Of a DNA stretch of 27,916 bases, positions 1-7,644 are shown one piece after another; within the stretch, counting starts at the first letter, position 1, and each line of letters begins with the position of its first letter. The stretch is taken from assembly GCA_964649305.1 (NCBI GenBank), contig CAZYOT010000003.1:1-27916 (forward strand), in the 5' to 3' direction. Both the position numbers and the translations under genes were made by a program. This DNA comes from an uncultured Bdellovibrionales bacterium (lineage in GTDB: Bacteria; Patescibacteriota; Minisyncoccia; Moranbacterales; UBA1568). The notes under the pieces were generated by a model, which saw only the letters and a program-made list of their open reading frames with translations, did not search any database and was not told the origin of the DNA.

Positions 1-1
1 T

Positions 2-955
2 TCTGATACTGGTGGTTCTATTCGTCAGCCAGCGGCTTTTTGTGGTGTAGTCGGTCTCAAGCCTACGTATGGCCGAGTTTCACGGAGTGGCCTTATGGCA
101 ATGGCATCGAGTTTGGACCAGATTGGGACTTTTACGCAGTCTGTAGAAGACGCTGCTATTGTACTTTCTCGTATTGCTGGAGAGGATAGTATGGACAATA
201 CCGCTGCACCAACTGTTACCAACAAATCATTTGAAGATGAATTGACTGGTGACATACAGGGTGTGCGTATCGGTATTCCAGAGGAATATATGAGTGAGAG
301 TATCGATCCAAGTATCAAGGAAGCTCTCGAGACAGCCAAGAAGAACTTAGAGTCTCTTGGAGCTGTTTTGGTGCCAGTATCACTGCCTCATACCAAGCTC
401 GCATTGGCTGTGTATTATGTGCTTATGCCAGCAGAAGTGAGTTCTAATATTGCTCGTTTAGATGGTATTCGTTTTGGTGTAACACATACAGATACAGAGG
501 GACAGAAAAGCGGAGATTCTCTCATGGATACCTATCTCAAGAATCGTGAGCATGGCCTTGGTAAAGAAGTGAAACGTCGAGTGATGCTCGGGACCTATGC
601 ACTTTCGGCTGGGTACTATGATGCGTACTATGGCAAAGCCGACAAAGTGCGAGCCTTGATCCGCAAGGATTTTGAAGAAGTCTTCAGTCAGGTGGATGTA
701 CTTTTTACCCCGACCACACCAGAAGTAGCTTTTCCGATTGGAGAAAAGACCACCGACCCTTTGACTATGTATCTTTCAGACATCTATACCGTGACCGCCA
801 ACCTAGCTGGAGTCCCAGCGCTCTCTCTACCGATAGGTGATAAGGAAGGACTTCCTATTGGGGGACAGTTTATCTCAAAGTGGTTTAATGAAGAAGAGCT
901 CTTGCGGGTAGCCTATGCCTTGGAGCAAAAACAACAAAGCGTAAAAGCAATCTAA
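2..955 (+). CDS. gatA: Asp-tRNA(Asn)/Glu-tRNA(Gln) amidotransferase subunit A, 5'-truncated by the window edge
   Basis: Frame is open from position 2 and reads SDTGGSIRQPAAFCGVVGLKPTYGRVSR (amidase signature). It also has EVSSNIARLDGIRFG, EVKRRVMLGTYALSAGYYDAYY and MYLSDIYTVTANLAGVP. The ORF-track start at 95 is internal. Confidence 0.97.
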   Translation, partial: SDTGGSIRQPAAFCGVVGLKPTYGRVSRSGLMAMASSLDQIGTFTQSVEDAAIVLSRIAGEDSMDNTAAPTVTNKSFEDELTGDIQGVRIGIPEEYMSESIDPSIKEALETAKKNLESLGAVLVPVSLPHTKLALAVYYVLMPAEVSSNIARLDGIRFGVTHTDTEGQKSGDSLMDTYLKNREHGLGKEVKRRVMLGTYALSAGYYDAYYGKADKVRALIRKDFEEVFSQVDVLFTPTTPEVAFPIGEKTTDPLTMYLSDIYTVTANLAGVPALSLPIGDKEGLPIGGQFISKWFNEEELLRVAYALEQKQQSVKAI

Positions 956-966
956 AATACACTCAT

Positions 967-1500
967 ATGGATATAAGCATTGCCGCTGTATTCAGTAGCA
1001 TCTTTGCAGGCCTGGCCCATTTTTGGGAGACCTCTTTTTTGGTGGCTTTTATCAAGTTTTTTCTCTTTATCTACTGTGCAGTTCTTTTAATAGATATTGT
1101 CCTCCTGTTTACTCATCGAGATGTAGCGGGGGATTTGCGCATGACACTTTTTCAATACAAGCGACCATTGGCTAGTAGAAGTAAACTCATCAAGCGTTGG
1201 GAGGGTATTCTCGATCGTCTAGAACATGGTACAGAGTCTCAGTACAAAGCGGCACTGATAGAAGCGGACGCTTTTGCGGATGAAGTACTTGTCAGTATGT
1301 CATTTCATGGCGCCAATATGAAGGAACGTCTTGAATCTATGAAAGACCATCATCTGGAGACAAAACCAGAACTCGTGGCAGCACACGCTCTCCGTAACCG
1401 TATTATCAATGATCCAGGTCTGACTTTGACTCGTGAAGAAGCTGAGGAAAATTTGGAGCGATACAAGCTCTTTTTCCGTGAAATAGAGCTCTTTTCCTAA
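967..1500 (+). CDS. Hypothetical membrane-anchored protein (177 aa)
   Basis: Hydrophobic N-terminal ~50 aa, followed by a charged helical domain. No family recognised with confidence. Confidence 0.8.
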   Translation: MDISIAAVFSSIFAGLAHFWETSFLVAFIKFFLFIYCAVLLIDIVLLFTHRDVAGDLRMTLFQYKRPLASRSKLIKRWEGILDRLEHGTESQYKAALIEADAFADEVLVSMSFHGANMKERLESMKDHHLETKPELVAAHALRNRIINDPGLTLTREEAEENLERYKLFFREIELFS

Positions 1501-1502
1501 AG

Positions 1503-1525
1503 TTTTTGAGGTCCGACCTCAAAAA
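1503..1525. repeat. Perfect interrupted palindrome (REP-like), GTCNGAC core
   Basis: TTTTTGAGGTC-C-GACCTCAAAAA: 11-bp arms with a 1-nt centre, 2 nt after the upstream stop codon. Confidence 0.85.
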
Positions 1526-1542
1526 ATACCTGAAATAAAGGA

Positions 1543-1669
1543 TTGTCCTGCCCATGCATCACAAAAGAGGAGGAATATCAATAAGGCTTTATAGTGTAAG
1601 CCGTTAGGCGACAGGGTTTCTTCCACTGAATAAGGTAAAAATGACTTGAATGCGGTGCTGGGTTGACAA
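1543..1669 (+). ncRNA. Candidate 6S-like (SsrS-like) structured RNA
   Basis: Hand-folded pairs: TTGTC(1543-47)/GACAA(1665-69); GCCCA-t-GCATC(1550-60)/GGTGC-TGGGT(1654-63); asymmetric central bubble (1561-68 vs 1625-53); GGAGGAA(1569-75)/TTCTTCC(1618-24); apical GGCTT/AAGCC. G-U pairs favour the + strand. Confidence 0.45.
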
Positions 1670-1692
1670 AACCGCCTTTTATCTGGTATTCT
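1663..1692 (+). promoter_or_regulatory. Sigma70-type promoter upstream of secE
   Basis: TTGACA(1663-68), 18-nt spacer, TATTCT(1687-92), with extended -10 TG at 1684-85. Confidence 0.7.
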
Positions 1693-1714
1693 CTACACAA
1701 AGTGATTCTCTATT

Positions 1715-1736
1715 AAAAGCCTTCGGGGCTTTTTTT
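1715..1736 (+). terminator. Intrinsic terminator-like hairpin between the promoter and secE
   Basis: AAAAGCC-TTCGG-GGCTTTT followed by a further T run. Confidence 0.65.
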
Positions 1737-1773
1737 AAGACCTTGAAATTCGTATTTATTTGAACCTTTTTGT

Positions 1774-1959
1774 ATGGCAAACTTTTTGCGTTTTTTGCAG
1801 GAGGCTAAAGTCGAGTTGCTCAAAGTTAATTGGCCAAATCGTGAGACTATTATCAAGTACACCATGCTGGTGATTGTAATGAGTCTTATAGTGGCGCTTT
1901 TTCTTGGGGGATTAGACTATTTTTTTAGTTACTTAGTAGAAACATTTCTTTTGAAATAA
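1774..1959 (+). CDS. secE: Preprotein translocase subunit SecE
   Basis: FLQEAKVELLKVNWPNRET motif plus one TM helix, directly before nusG. Confidence 0.95.
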   Translation: MANFLRFLQEAKVELLKVNWPNRETIIKYTMLVIVMSLIVALFLGGLDYFFSYLVETFLLK

Positions 1960-1963
1960 ACTT

Positions 1964-2509
1964 ATGGCAAAGCAAACACAACATCACGGGCGTTCATGGT
2001 ACGTGCTTCACACCTATTCAGGGTATGAGGACAACGTGACTCGTAACCTCAAACAGCGTATCGAGTCTATGGATATGCAGGATCTTATCTTTGATGTCCT
2101 TGTCCCAAAGGAAAAGAAGATTAAGATCAAGGCTGGTAAGCGCGTCGTTATCGAAGAACGCATCTATCCTGGGTACGTGCTCGTAGATATGATTGTGACT
2201 GATGCGTCATGGTATGTGGTACGTAACACTCCAAATGTGACTGGTTTTATCGGTCTTGGTACCACGCCTACTCCGATTGATCCAGCAGAAATCGAGAGTC
2301 TTAAAAAGCGTATGGGTGTGGCTGAGCCAAAATACAAAATCGATGTCCGTATTGGTGAATCAGTCAAAATTGCTGACGGACCATTTAAAGACTTTGATGG
2401 TAAGGTCCAGGAAGTAGATGATGAGAAGGGTAAGGTCAAGGTATTGGTTTCTATCTTTGGACGAGAAACCCCAGTCGAGCTCGACTTCCTTCAGATTCGC
2501 AAAGCATAA
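1964..2509 (+). CDS. nusG: Transcription termination/antitermination factor NusG
   Basis: WYVLHTYSGYEDNV, IYPGYVLVDM, VRNTPNVTGF, KOW domain, SIFGRETPVELDF. Confidence 0.98.
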   Translation: MAKQTQHHGRSWYVLHTYSGYEDNVTRNLKQRIESMDMQDLIFDVLVPKEKKIKIKAGKRVVIEERIYPGYVLVDMIVTDASWYVVRNTPNVTGFIGLGTTPTPIDPAEIESLKKRMGVAEPKYKIDVRIGESVKIADGPFKDFDGKVQEVDDEKGKVKVLVSIFGRETPVELDFLQIRKA

Positions 2510-2534
2510 CATTACTTATTAAAACGTTACTATT

Positions 2535-2960
2535 ATGGCAAAGACAGTAAAAGCGATGATCAAACTGCAGATTGATGCCGGTAAGGCCAATCCAGCTCCT
2601 CCAATCGGACCAGCTCTTGGACAGCACGGTCTCAACATTCAAGAGTTCTGTACTCGTTTCAATGATCAGACTCGTGACCGTATGGGAGATATTATTCCAG
2701 CTGAAATCACTGTGTACGAAGACCGTACTTTTGATTTCATCTTGAAGACTCCTCCGGCTTCAGATCTTCTTCGCAAGGCCGCCAAAGTCGCTAAGGGTTC
2801 TGGTAATCCTTTGAAGGAAAAGGTAGGAAGTATCACAGAAGCTCAGTTGACTGAAATTGCAGAAAAGAAATTGGAAGACTTGAACGCCAACGACGTAGAC
2901 GCTGCTAAGGAGATTATCCGCGGTACTGCTCGTTCAATGGGTGTTAAAATTGAAGGTTAA
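2535..2960 (+). CDS. rplK: 50S ribosomal protein uL11
   Basis: [25 protein letters not shown] and KTPPAS motifs. Confidence 0.99.
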   Translation: MAKTVKAMIKLQIDAGKANPAPPIGPALGQHGLNIQEFCTRFNDQTRDRMGDIIPAEITVYEDRTFDFILKTPPASDLLRKAAKVAKGSGNPLKEKVGSITEAQLTEIAEKKLEDLNANDVDAAKEIIRGTARSMGVKIEG

Positions 2961-2973
2961 TAATTATTTATTT

Positions 2974-3004
2974 GTGGGAGCTTATTATTAGAGCGTTTGA
3001 CCAC
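2974..3004 (+). promoter_or_regulatory. uL1-binding autoregulatory mRNA element
   Basis: GTGG-GAG...TGA-CCAC with an internal GCT/AGC hairpin, 10 nt before the rplA ATG. This matches the known L1-binding mimic of 23S rRNA found between rplK and rplA in many bacteria. Confidence 0.7.
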
Positions 3005-3014
3005 GAACAACTAT

Positions 3015-3704
3015 ATGAAACACGGTAAGAAATACAGAGGAGTAATCGAGGGTCTTGATTTGACCAAGGAATACACTCCAGAAGAAGCCATTGCTTTTCT
3101 CAAGGCTCATCCAATCGCTAAGTTTGATGAATCTTTTGAAGTTCACATGAAGCTCGGGATTAATCCAAAGAAGTCAGATGAACTTATTCGTTCTACAGCC
3201 GTTCTTCCTCATGGTACAGGCCGTAATCAGAAGGTAGCTGTAGTCACTAGTACCAAAGACAAAGAAGCTAAGGACGCAGGAGCTGATATCGTTGGTGCCG
3301 AAGATCTGATTGATGATATCAAGACTGGTAAAGTCAATCCTGGTGTAGACTTCCAGGTACTCCTAGCTACTCCCGAAATGATGCCAAAGCTTGCAGCTAT
3401 CGCTAAGATACTTGGACCAAAGGGCTTGATGCCAAGTCCAAAGTCTGAGACGGTGACAGTGAAGGTAGGAGAGGTAATTGATGTTTTGAAGAAAGGTAAG
3501 AAAGTTAGCTACAAGAATGATGATACTGCCAATGTACATCAGATGATTGGTAAGCTTTCTTTCTCAGAAGCTCAAATTCTTGAGAATTATCAGGCTTTCC
3601 GTGAGAGTATCGACAGAGTGAAGCCAGAGGCCTTGAAGGGTCGCTTGATCCGTTCTATGGTCTTCAGCTCAACTATGGGGCCTGGACTCATCGTCAAAAT
3701 CTAA
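3015..3704 (+). CDS. rplA: 50S ribosomal protein uL1
   Basis: MKHGKKYR start, AKFDESFE, LPHGTG, LGPKGLMPSPK, STMGPG. ATG 3015 is preferred over TTG 2997, which would overlap the L1 site. Confidence 0.98.
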   Translation: MKHGKKYRGVIEGLDLTKEYTPEEAIAFLKAHPIAKFDESFEVHMKLGINPKKSDELIRSTAVLPHGTGRNQKVAVVTSTKDKEAKDAGADIVGAEDLIDDIKTGKVNPGVDFQVLLATPEMMPKLAAIAKILGPKGLMPSPKSETVTVKVGEVIDVLKKGKKVSYKNDDTANVHQMIGKLSFSEAQILENYQAFRESIDRVKPEALKGRLIRSMVFSSTMGPGLIVKI

Positions 3705-3709
3705 GTCTG

Positions 3710-3733
3710 AACCCGAGTTTAACTCGGGTTTTT
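3710..3733 (+). terminator. Intrinsic terminator after rplA
   Basis: AACCCGAGT-TTA-ACTCGGGTT followed by TTT. Confidence 0.85.
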
Positions 3734-3760
3734 GCTTTTATAAAGGTATTTTGGTATTGT
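3732..3760 (+). promoter_or_regulatory. Sigma70-type promoter for dcd
   Basis: TTGCTT, 17-nt spacer, TATTGT, with extended -10 TG at 3752-53. Confidence 0.65.
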
Positions 3761-3764
3761 GTAC

Positions 3765-3802
3765 CTAACACCTATTATCTAACACCTAACACCTAGTCAT
3801 TA
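3765..3802 (+). repeat. Heptamer-period array (CTAnnnn)
   Basis: CTA at 3765, 3772, 3779, 3786 and 3793, then TTA at 3800. The unit CTAACAC occurs three times. It fills the dcd 5' leader. Confidence 0.85.
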
Positions 3803-4374
3803 TGATTCTTTCAGACCGCGACATCAAAAAAGAACTCAAAGCCGGCAATATTAGTCTTAAGCCGTATAAGCCAGAGTGCGTGCAGCCAGCCAGTGTAGAT
3901 ATTCATCTCGATAAGCACTTCTTGGTTTTTGATACTTCAAAACATTTTGTGATTGATCCCAAGGCACCCGTGCAGGATCTTATGAAGCCAGTAGTTATTA
4001 GTGAGAAGGAACCATTTATTCTTCATCCGCAGGAGTTTGCTCTGGGGTTGATACTTGAAGAGACGGGCGTATCTGACAAGTTAGTGGGTCGCTTGGAAGG
4101 GAAGAGCTCCCTTGGTCGCTTAGGTCTCATCATCCATACCACCGCTGGATACCTGGATCCGGGTAATAAACTCAAGATGACCCTTGAGCTCTACAATGCT
4201 GGACGTTTACCTATCAAGCTCTACTACAAGATGGCTATAGGTCAGATGGCTTTTGAATATCTTTCATCACCATGTGAGAGACCATACGGTAGCAAGGGAC
4301 TAAATAGTAAGTACTATGGTGATCAGAAACCAGTCGCCAGTAAGATGAGTCTCAATTTCAAAAAGAAGAAATAA
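3802..4374 (+). CDS. dcd: dCTP deaminase
   Basis: MILSDRDI, VQPASVDIHL, GKSSLGRLGL, TAGYLDPG, TLELYN and YGSKGLNSKY motifs. Confidence 0.95.
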   Translation: MILSDRDIKKELKAGNISLKPYKPECVQPASVDIHLDKHFLVFDTSKHFVIDPKAPVQDLMKPVVISEKEPFILHPQEFALGLILEETGVSDKLVGRLEGKSSLGRLGLIIHTTAGYLDPGNKLKMTLELYNAGRLPIKLYYKMAIGQMAFEYLSSPCERPYGSKGLNSKYYGDQKPVASKMSLNFKKKK

Positions 4375-4379
4375 TCCTG

Positions 4380-4408
4380 AAAACCCTGGCCATTTGGTCA
4401 GGGTTTTT
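4380..4408 (+). terminator. Intrinsic terminator after dcd
   Basis: AAAACCCTGGCCA / TGGTCAGGGTTTT stem with a T tail. Confidence 0.8.
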
Positions 4409-4422
4409 CTCTAAGAGGGGTG

Positions 4423-4431
4423 TGATACACT
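4423..4431 (+). promoter_or_regulatory. Extended -10 promoter for thyA
   Basis: TG-A-TACACT ending 23 nt before the ATG. No good -35. Confidence 0.5.
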
Positions 4432-4454
4432 AAAAGTAGCTTTAATAAACGCTT

Positions 4455-5372
4455 ATGAAACAATATCTCGACCTATTGAGCCATATTATGGAGACGGGGG
4501 CAGACAAGGGTGACCGTACTGGCACGGGTACCAAGAGTGTGTTTGGGTACCAGATGCGCTTTGATTTGAGTCAGGGTTTTCCGCTTCTGACTACCAAGAA
4601 GTTACCGTTTACCATGATTGCCAATGAGCTACTCTGGTTTCTAGAGGGCAGTACTAATATCCGTCCGCTTCTGGCCAATAATATCCACATTTGGGATGAC
4701 TGGCCTTTTAAGAGCTATCTGATGCAAAACAATCTCCCTATTCCAGCTCCCAATACACCTGAGTGGGAAGAACAGATCAAAGCCTTTACAGATAAGGTCC
4801 TTGCTGATGAAGAATTCGCCAGAGAATACGGTGAACTCGGTCCAGTCTACGGATATCAGTGGCGAAGCTGGCCTGCCGCAGACGGTCGTCACATTGATCA
4901 GATTACCGAGGTCATCAAGCAGCTCAAGAATTCTCCTGATTCACGTCGTATGATTGTGAGTGCTTGGAATGTGGCTGATATCGAAGAAATGGCTAAGAGT
5001 GGATTGCCACCATGTCATTGTTTGTTTCAGTTTTATGTTGCCAATGGCAAACTATCCTGTCAGCTCTATCAGAGAAGTTGTGATACTTTTCTTGGCGTAC
5101 CTTTTAATATCGCGTCTTACGCACTTCTCACACATATGATGGCTCAGGTCTGTGGCCTCGAACCAGGGGAGTTTGTGTGGACTGGAGGAGATGTCCATCT
5201 ATACAATAATCACTTTGAGCAAGTAGCTAAGCAGCTTCTGCGAACACCAAAAACGCTTCCAAAGCTATGGCTCAATCCGGAAGTGAAGGATATATTTGAG
5301 TTTACGATTGACGATATACGAGTGGAGGGCTATGACCCGCATGGAGGTATTAAGGCTCCTATTGCAGTATAG
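4455..5372 (+). CDS. thyA: Thymidylate synthase ThyA (long form)
   Basis: [33 protein letters not shown], catalytic [31 protein letters not shown]. Confidence 0.99.
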   Translation: MKQYLDLLSHIMETGADKGDRTGTGTKSVFGYQMRFDLSQGFPLLTTKKLPFTMIANELLWFLEGSTNIRPLLANNIHIWDDWPFKSYLMQNNLPIPAPNTPEWEEQIKAFTDKVLADEEFAREYGELGPVYGYQWRSWPAADGRHIDQITEVIKQLKNSPDSRRMIVSAWNVADIEEMAKSGLPPCHCLFQFYVANGKLSCQLYQRSCDTFLGVPFNIASYALLTHMMAQVCGLEPGEFVWTGGDVHLYNNHFEQVAKQLLRTPKTLPKLWLNPEVKDIFEFTIDDIRVEGYDPHGGIKAPIAV

Positions 5373-5390
5373 AAAGGGGATTTTGGCGGG

Positions 5391-5419
5391 TTGAGAATAT
5401 GCTTAAAATCAGGTACAGT
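5391..5419 (+). promoter_or_regulatory. Promoter positioned for a leaderless folA mRNA
   Basis: TTGAGA(5391-96), 17-nt spacer, TACAGT(5414-19), 7 nt, ATG(5427). Confidence 0.65.
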
Positions 5420-5426
5420 AGAGAGT

Positions 5427-5918
5427 ATGCAGGAACCACGTATCAGCATTATTTCTGCCATTGCAGAGACCAATAGAGGCATAGGGAGGGCCAATGCTTT
5501 ACTTTGGGATATTAAGGCTGATATGGCTCATTTTAAGCGTTTGACGACTGGTCATGCAGTCATTATGGGTGAGCGTACGTATCATTCTATCGGGAGGGCT
5601 TTGCCCAATCGTATCAATATTGTCTTGACCGACAATCAAGAGTTTGATGCCCCTAATGTACTGACTGTGTACTCTATCGAAGAGGCCTTGGAGGTGGCGA
5701 AGCTTCACGAGCAAGAAGAAGTTTTTGTCATAGGTGGAGGCAGTATCTATGCACAGTTTCTTCCATACACTGACCGTTTGTATTTGACTCTGGTAGCAGG
5801 TGAGTACGAGGCGGATGTGTTTTTTCCAGAGTATGGAGAATTTACGCAAGTTGTAGAAGAGGAGACTGGGAGCGAAGGTGAATATGTATTTCGTTTTGTA
5901 ACATTAGAAAAAAATTAA
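5427..5918 (+). CDS. folA: Dihydrofolate reductase
   Basis: GIGRANALLWDIKADMAHFKRLT, IMGERTYHSI, LPNRINIVLT, VIGGGSIY, ADVFFPEY. ATG 5427 is preferred over TTG 5391. Confidence 0.97.
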   Translation: MQEPRISIISAIAETNRGIGRANALLWDIKADMAHFKRLTTGHAVIMGERTYHSIGRALPNRINIVLTDNQEFDAPNVLTVYSIEEALEVAKLHEQEEVFVIGGGSIYAQFLPYTDRLYLTLVAGEYEADVFFPEYGEFTQVVEEETGSEGEYVFRFVTLEKN

Positions 5919-5929
5919 AATATACACAT

Positions 5930-6487
5930 ATGGCTATTGTAGTAGGCGTCACTGGAGAAATGGCATCAGGTAAAGATACTGTCACAGAGTATCTCGTAGA
6001 AAAATATGGAGCAAAGAAGTACCGCTTCTCAGATATTTTGCGAGAAATTTTGGACTTACTTTTCATTCCTCAGACTCGTGAGAATCTTACCAAGCTTTCG
6101 ATTCTTGTACGTCAGGGTTTTGGTGATGATCTTCTCGCTAAGGTGATTGAGAAGAGAGCTGAGGGAGACAAGACGCATCCAATTTTGGTGATTGATGGTA
6201 TTCGTCGCTATCAGGATATTGCGTATTTCAATAGTCTGGATGGCTTTACACTTTGGTATGTAGATGCTTCTTTTGAGACTCGCTATGAGCGTCTGACGAT
6301 GCGTTCTCAGAATGTAGATGATATGACAAAATCAGAAGAACAGTTCCGAGCAGAGCATGAATTTGAAACAGAGAAAACTGTGCCAGCTCTCAAGGAGCAC
6401 GCCAACGAAGTGATTAATAATGAAGGGATGCTTGATGAACTTCATCGTAAGGTAGATGTGATAATGGCTAAGCTTGGAGTTAACTAA
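5930..6487 (+). CDS. P-loop nucleoside-monophosphate-kinase-fold protein (CoaE/UPF0200-like), substrate unknown
   Basis: N-terminal GVTGEMASGKDT P-loop, VIDGIRR, DASFETRYERL, INNEG. It sits between folA and tmk. Confidence 0.8.
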   Translation: MAIVVGVTGEMASGKDTVTEYLVEKYGAKKYRFSDILREILDLLFIPQTRENLTKLSILVRQGFGDDLLAKVIEKRAEGDKTHPILVIDGIRRYQDIAYFNSLDGFTLWYVDASFETRYERLTMRSQNVDDMTKSEEQFRAEHEFETEKTVPALKEHANEVINNEGMLDELHRKVDVIMAKLGVN

Positions 6488-6501
6488 GAGAAATACGTGA
6501 T

Positions 6502-7191
6502 ATGCCGAAGGGAAAATTGATTGTCATTGATGGTTTGGATGGAGCGGGCAAAGCAACACAAGCAGCATTGCTTGTAGCACGCCTAAAAAAAGAAGGAAAA
6601 AAAGTAGTCACTTTAGATTTTCCTCAGTATCAAAACAATTTTTTTGGTGCTTTTATTGGGGAGTGCCTAGCTGGTAAACATGGGGATTTTTTGAATCTTT
6701 CACCACGTATTGCTTCGGTCTTGTATGCTGGAGATCGCTTTGAGGCTTCGGTCAAAATCAAGCGTTGGCTCAAGGAGGGAAGGTATGTGGTACTTGATCG
6801 GTACGTCAGTGCCAACCAGATTCATCAGGGCGGAAAAATCAAAGATGTGAAGGAGCGTAAGAAATTTCTCGAGTGGCTGAGTGTCCTAGAGTATGATATT
6901 TTTCAGATTCCTCGACCAGATAAAGTAATTTTTCTTGATGTGACACCAGAGGTGACTCGGAGTATGCTTGAGAATCAGATCAACAAGAAAGACAAAAAAA
7001 CCTACCTAGGAAAGAACGCGAAAGATGTCGTTGAAGAAAGTATGGAATATATGGTCAATAGTAGAACATCAGCTCTCTTTATAGCACGGACAGAGAAAAA
7101 TTGGACCAAGATAAGCTGCATCAAAGGGAAGCAGATACTGCCACGAGAAGAGATTGCTGAAAAAATCTATCAAGCCGTAAAAGGAAAATAG
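6502..7191 (+). CDS. tmk: Thymidylate kinase
   Basis: LIVIDGLDGAGKATQ, DFPQY, LYAGDR, LDRY, PDKVIFLDV. Confidence 0.93.
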   Translation: MPKGKLIVIDGLDGAGKATQAALLVARLKKEGKKVVTLDFPQYQNNFFGAFIGECLAGKHGDFLNLSPRIASVLYAGDRFEASVKIKRWLKEGRYVVLDRYVSANQIHQGGKIKDVKERKKFLEWLSVLEYDIFQIPRPDKVIFLDVTPEVTRSMLENQINKKDKKTYLGKNAKDVVEESMEYMVNSRTSALFIARTEKNWTKISCIKGKQILPREEIAEKIYQAVKGK

Positions 7192-7194
7192 TTT

Positions 7195-7620
7195 ATGTTG
7201 TTACAAGCCAAGAAATTACATCCAGAAGCTAAGTTACCAGAACGCGCTCATCTGCATGACGCCGGCCTGGATTTGTTTACCATAGATGAAGTGGTGTTAG
7301 CAAAAGGTGAAACAGCAGTACTTGGGACTGGTATTGCCATGGCTATTCCCGAAGGGTTTGTAGGCTTGATATGGGACAAGTCAGGCTTGGCGGCGAAACA
7401 TGGACTTACTTGCCTTGGTGGGGTGATTGATTGTGGTTATCGTGGTGAGATTATGGTGACCCTCGCCAACCTGGGCGGAGATGCGTATACTATAACTAAA
7501 CACCAAAAAATCGCTCAAATACTGATTCAAGCCGTCGCTCTTCCAGAAGTGGAGGAAGTGACTGATTTGGATGATACAGCGCGAGGTGAAAAAGGTTTTG
7601 GGAGTACAGGTACACATTAA
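7195..7620 (+). CDS. dut: Trimeric dUTP diphosphatase
   Basis: All five dUTPase motifs: AGLDL, DKSG, GVIDCGYRGEI, KIAQ, RGEKGFGSTG. Confidence 0.98.
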   Translation: MLLQAKKLHPEAKLPERAHLHDAGLDLFTIDEVVLAKGETAVLGTGIAMAIPEGFVGLIWDKSGLAAKHGLTCLGGVIDCGYRGEIMVTLANLGGDAYTITKHQKIAQILIQAVALPEVEEVTDLDDTARGEKGFGSTGTH

Positions 7621-7644
7621 AAGAATGATATCTATAAATAAAGT

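Noticed and set aside
1737-1773. tRNA-Trp or rpmG expected before secE
   Set aside because: There is no cloverleaf or L33 ORF in 1501-1773.
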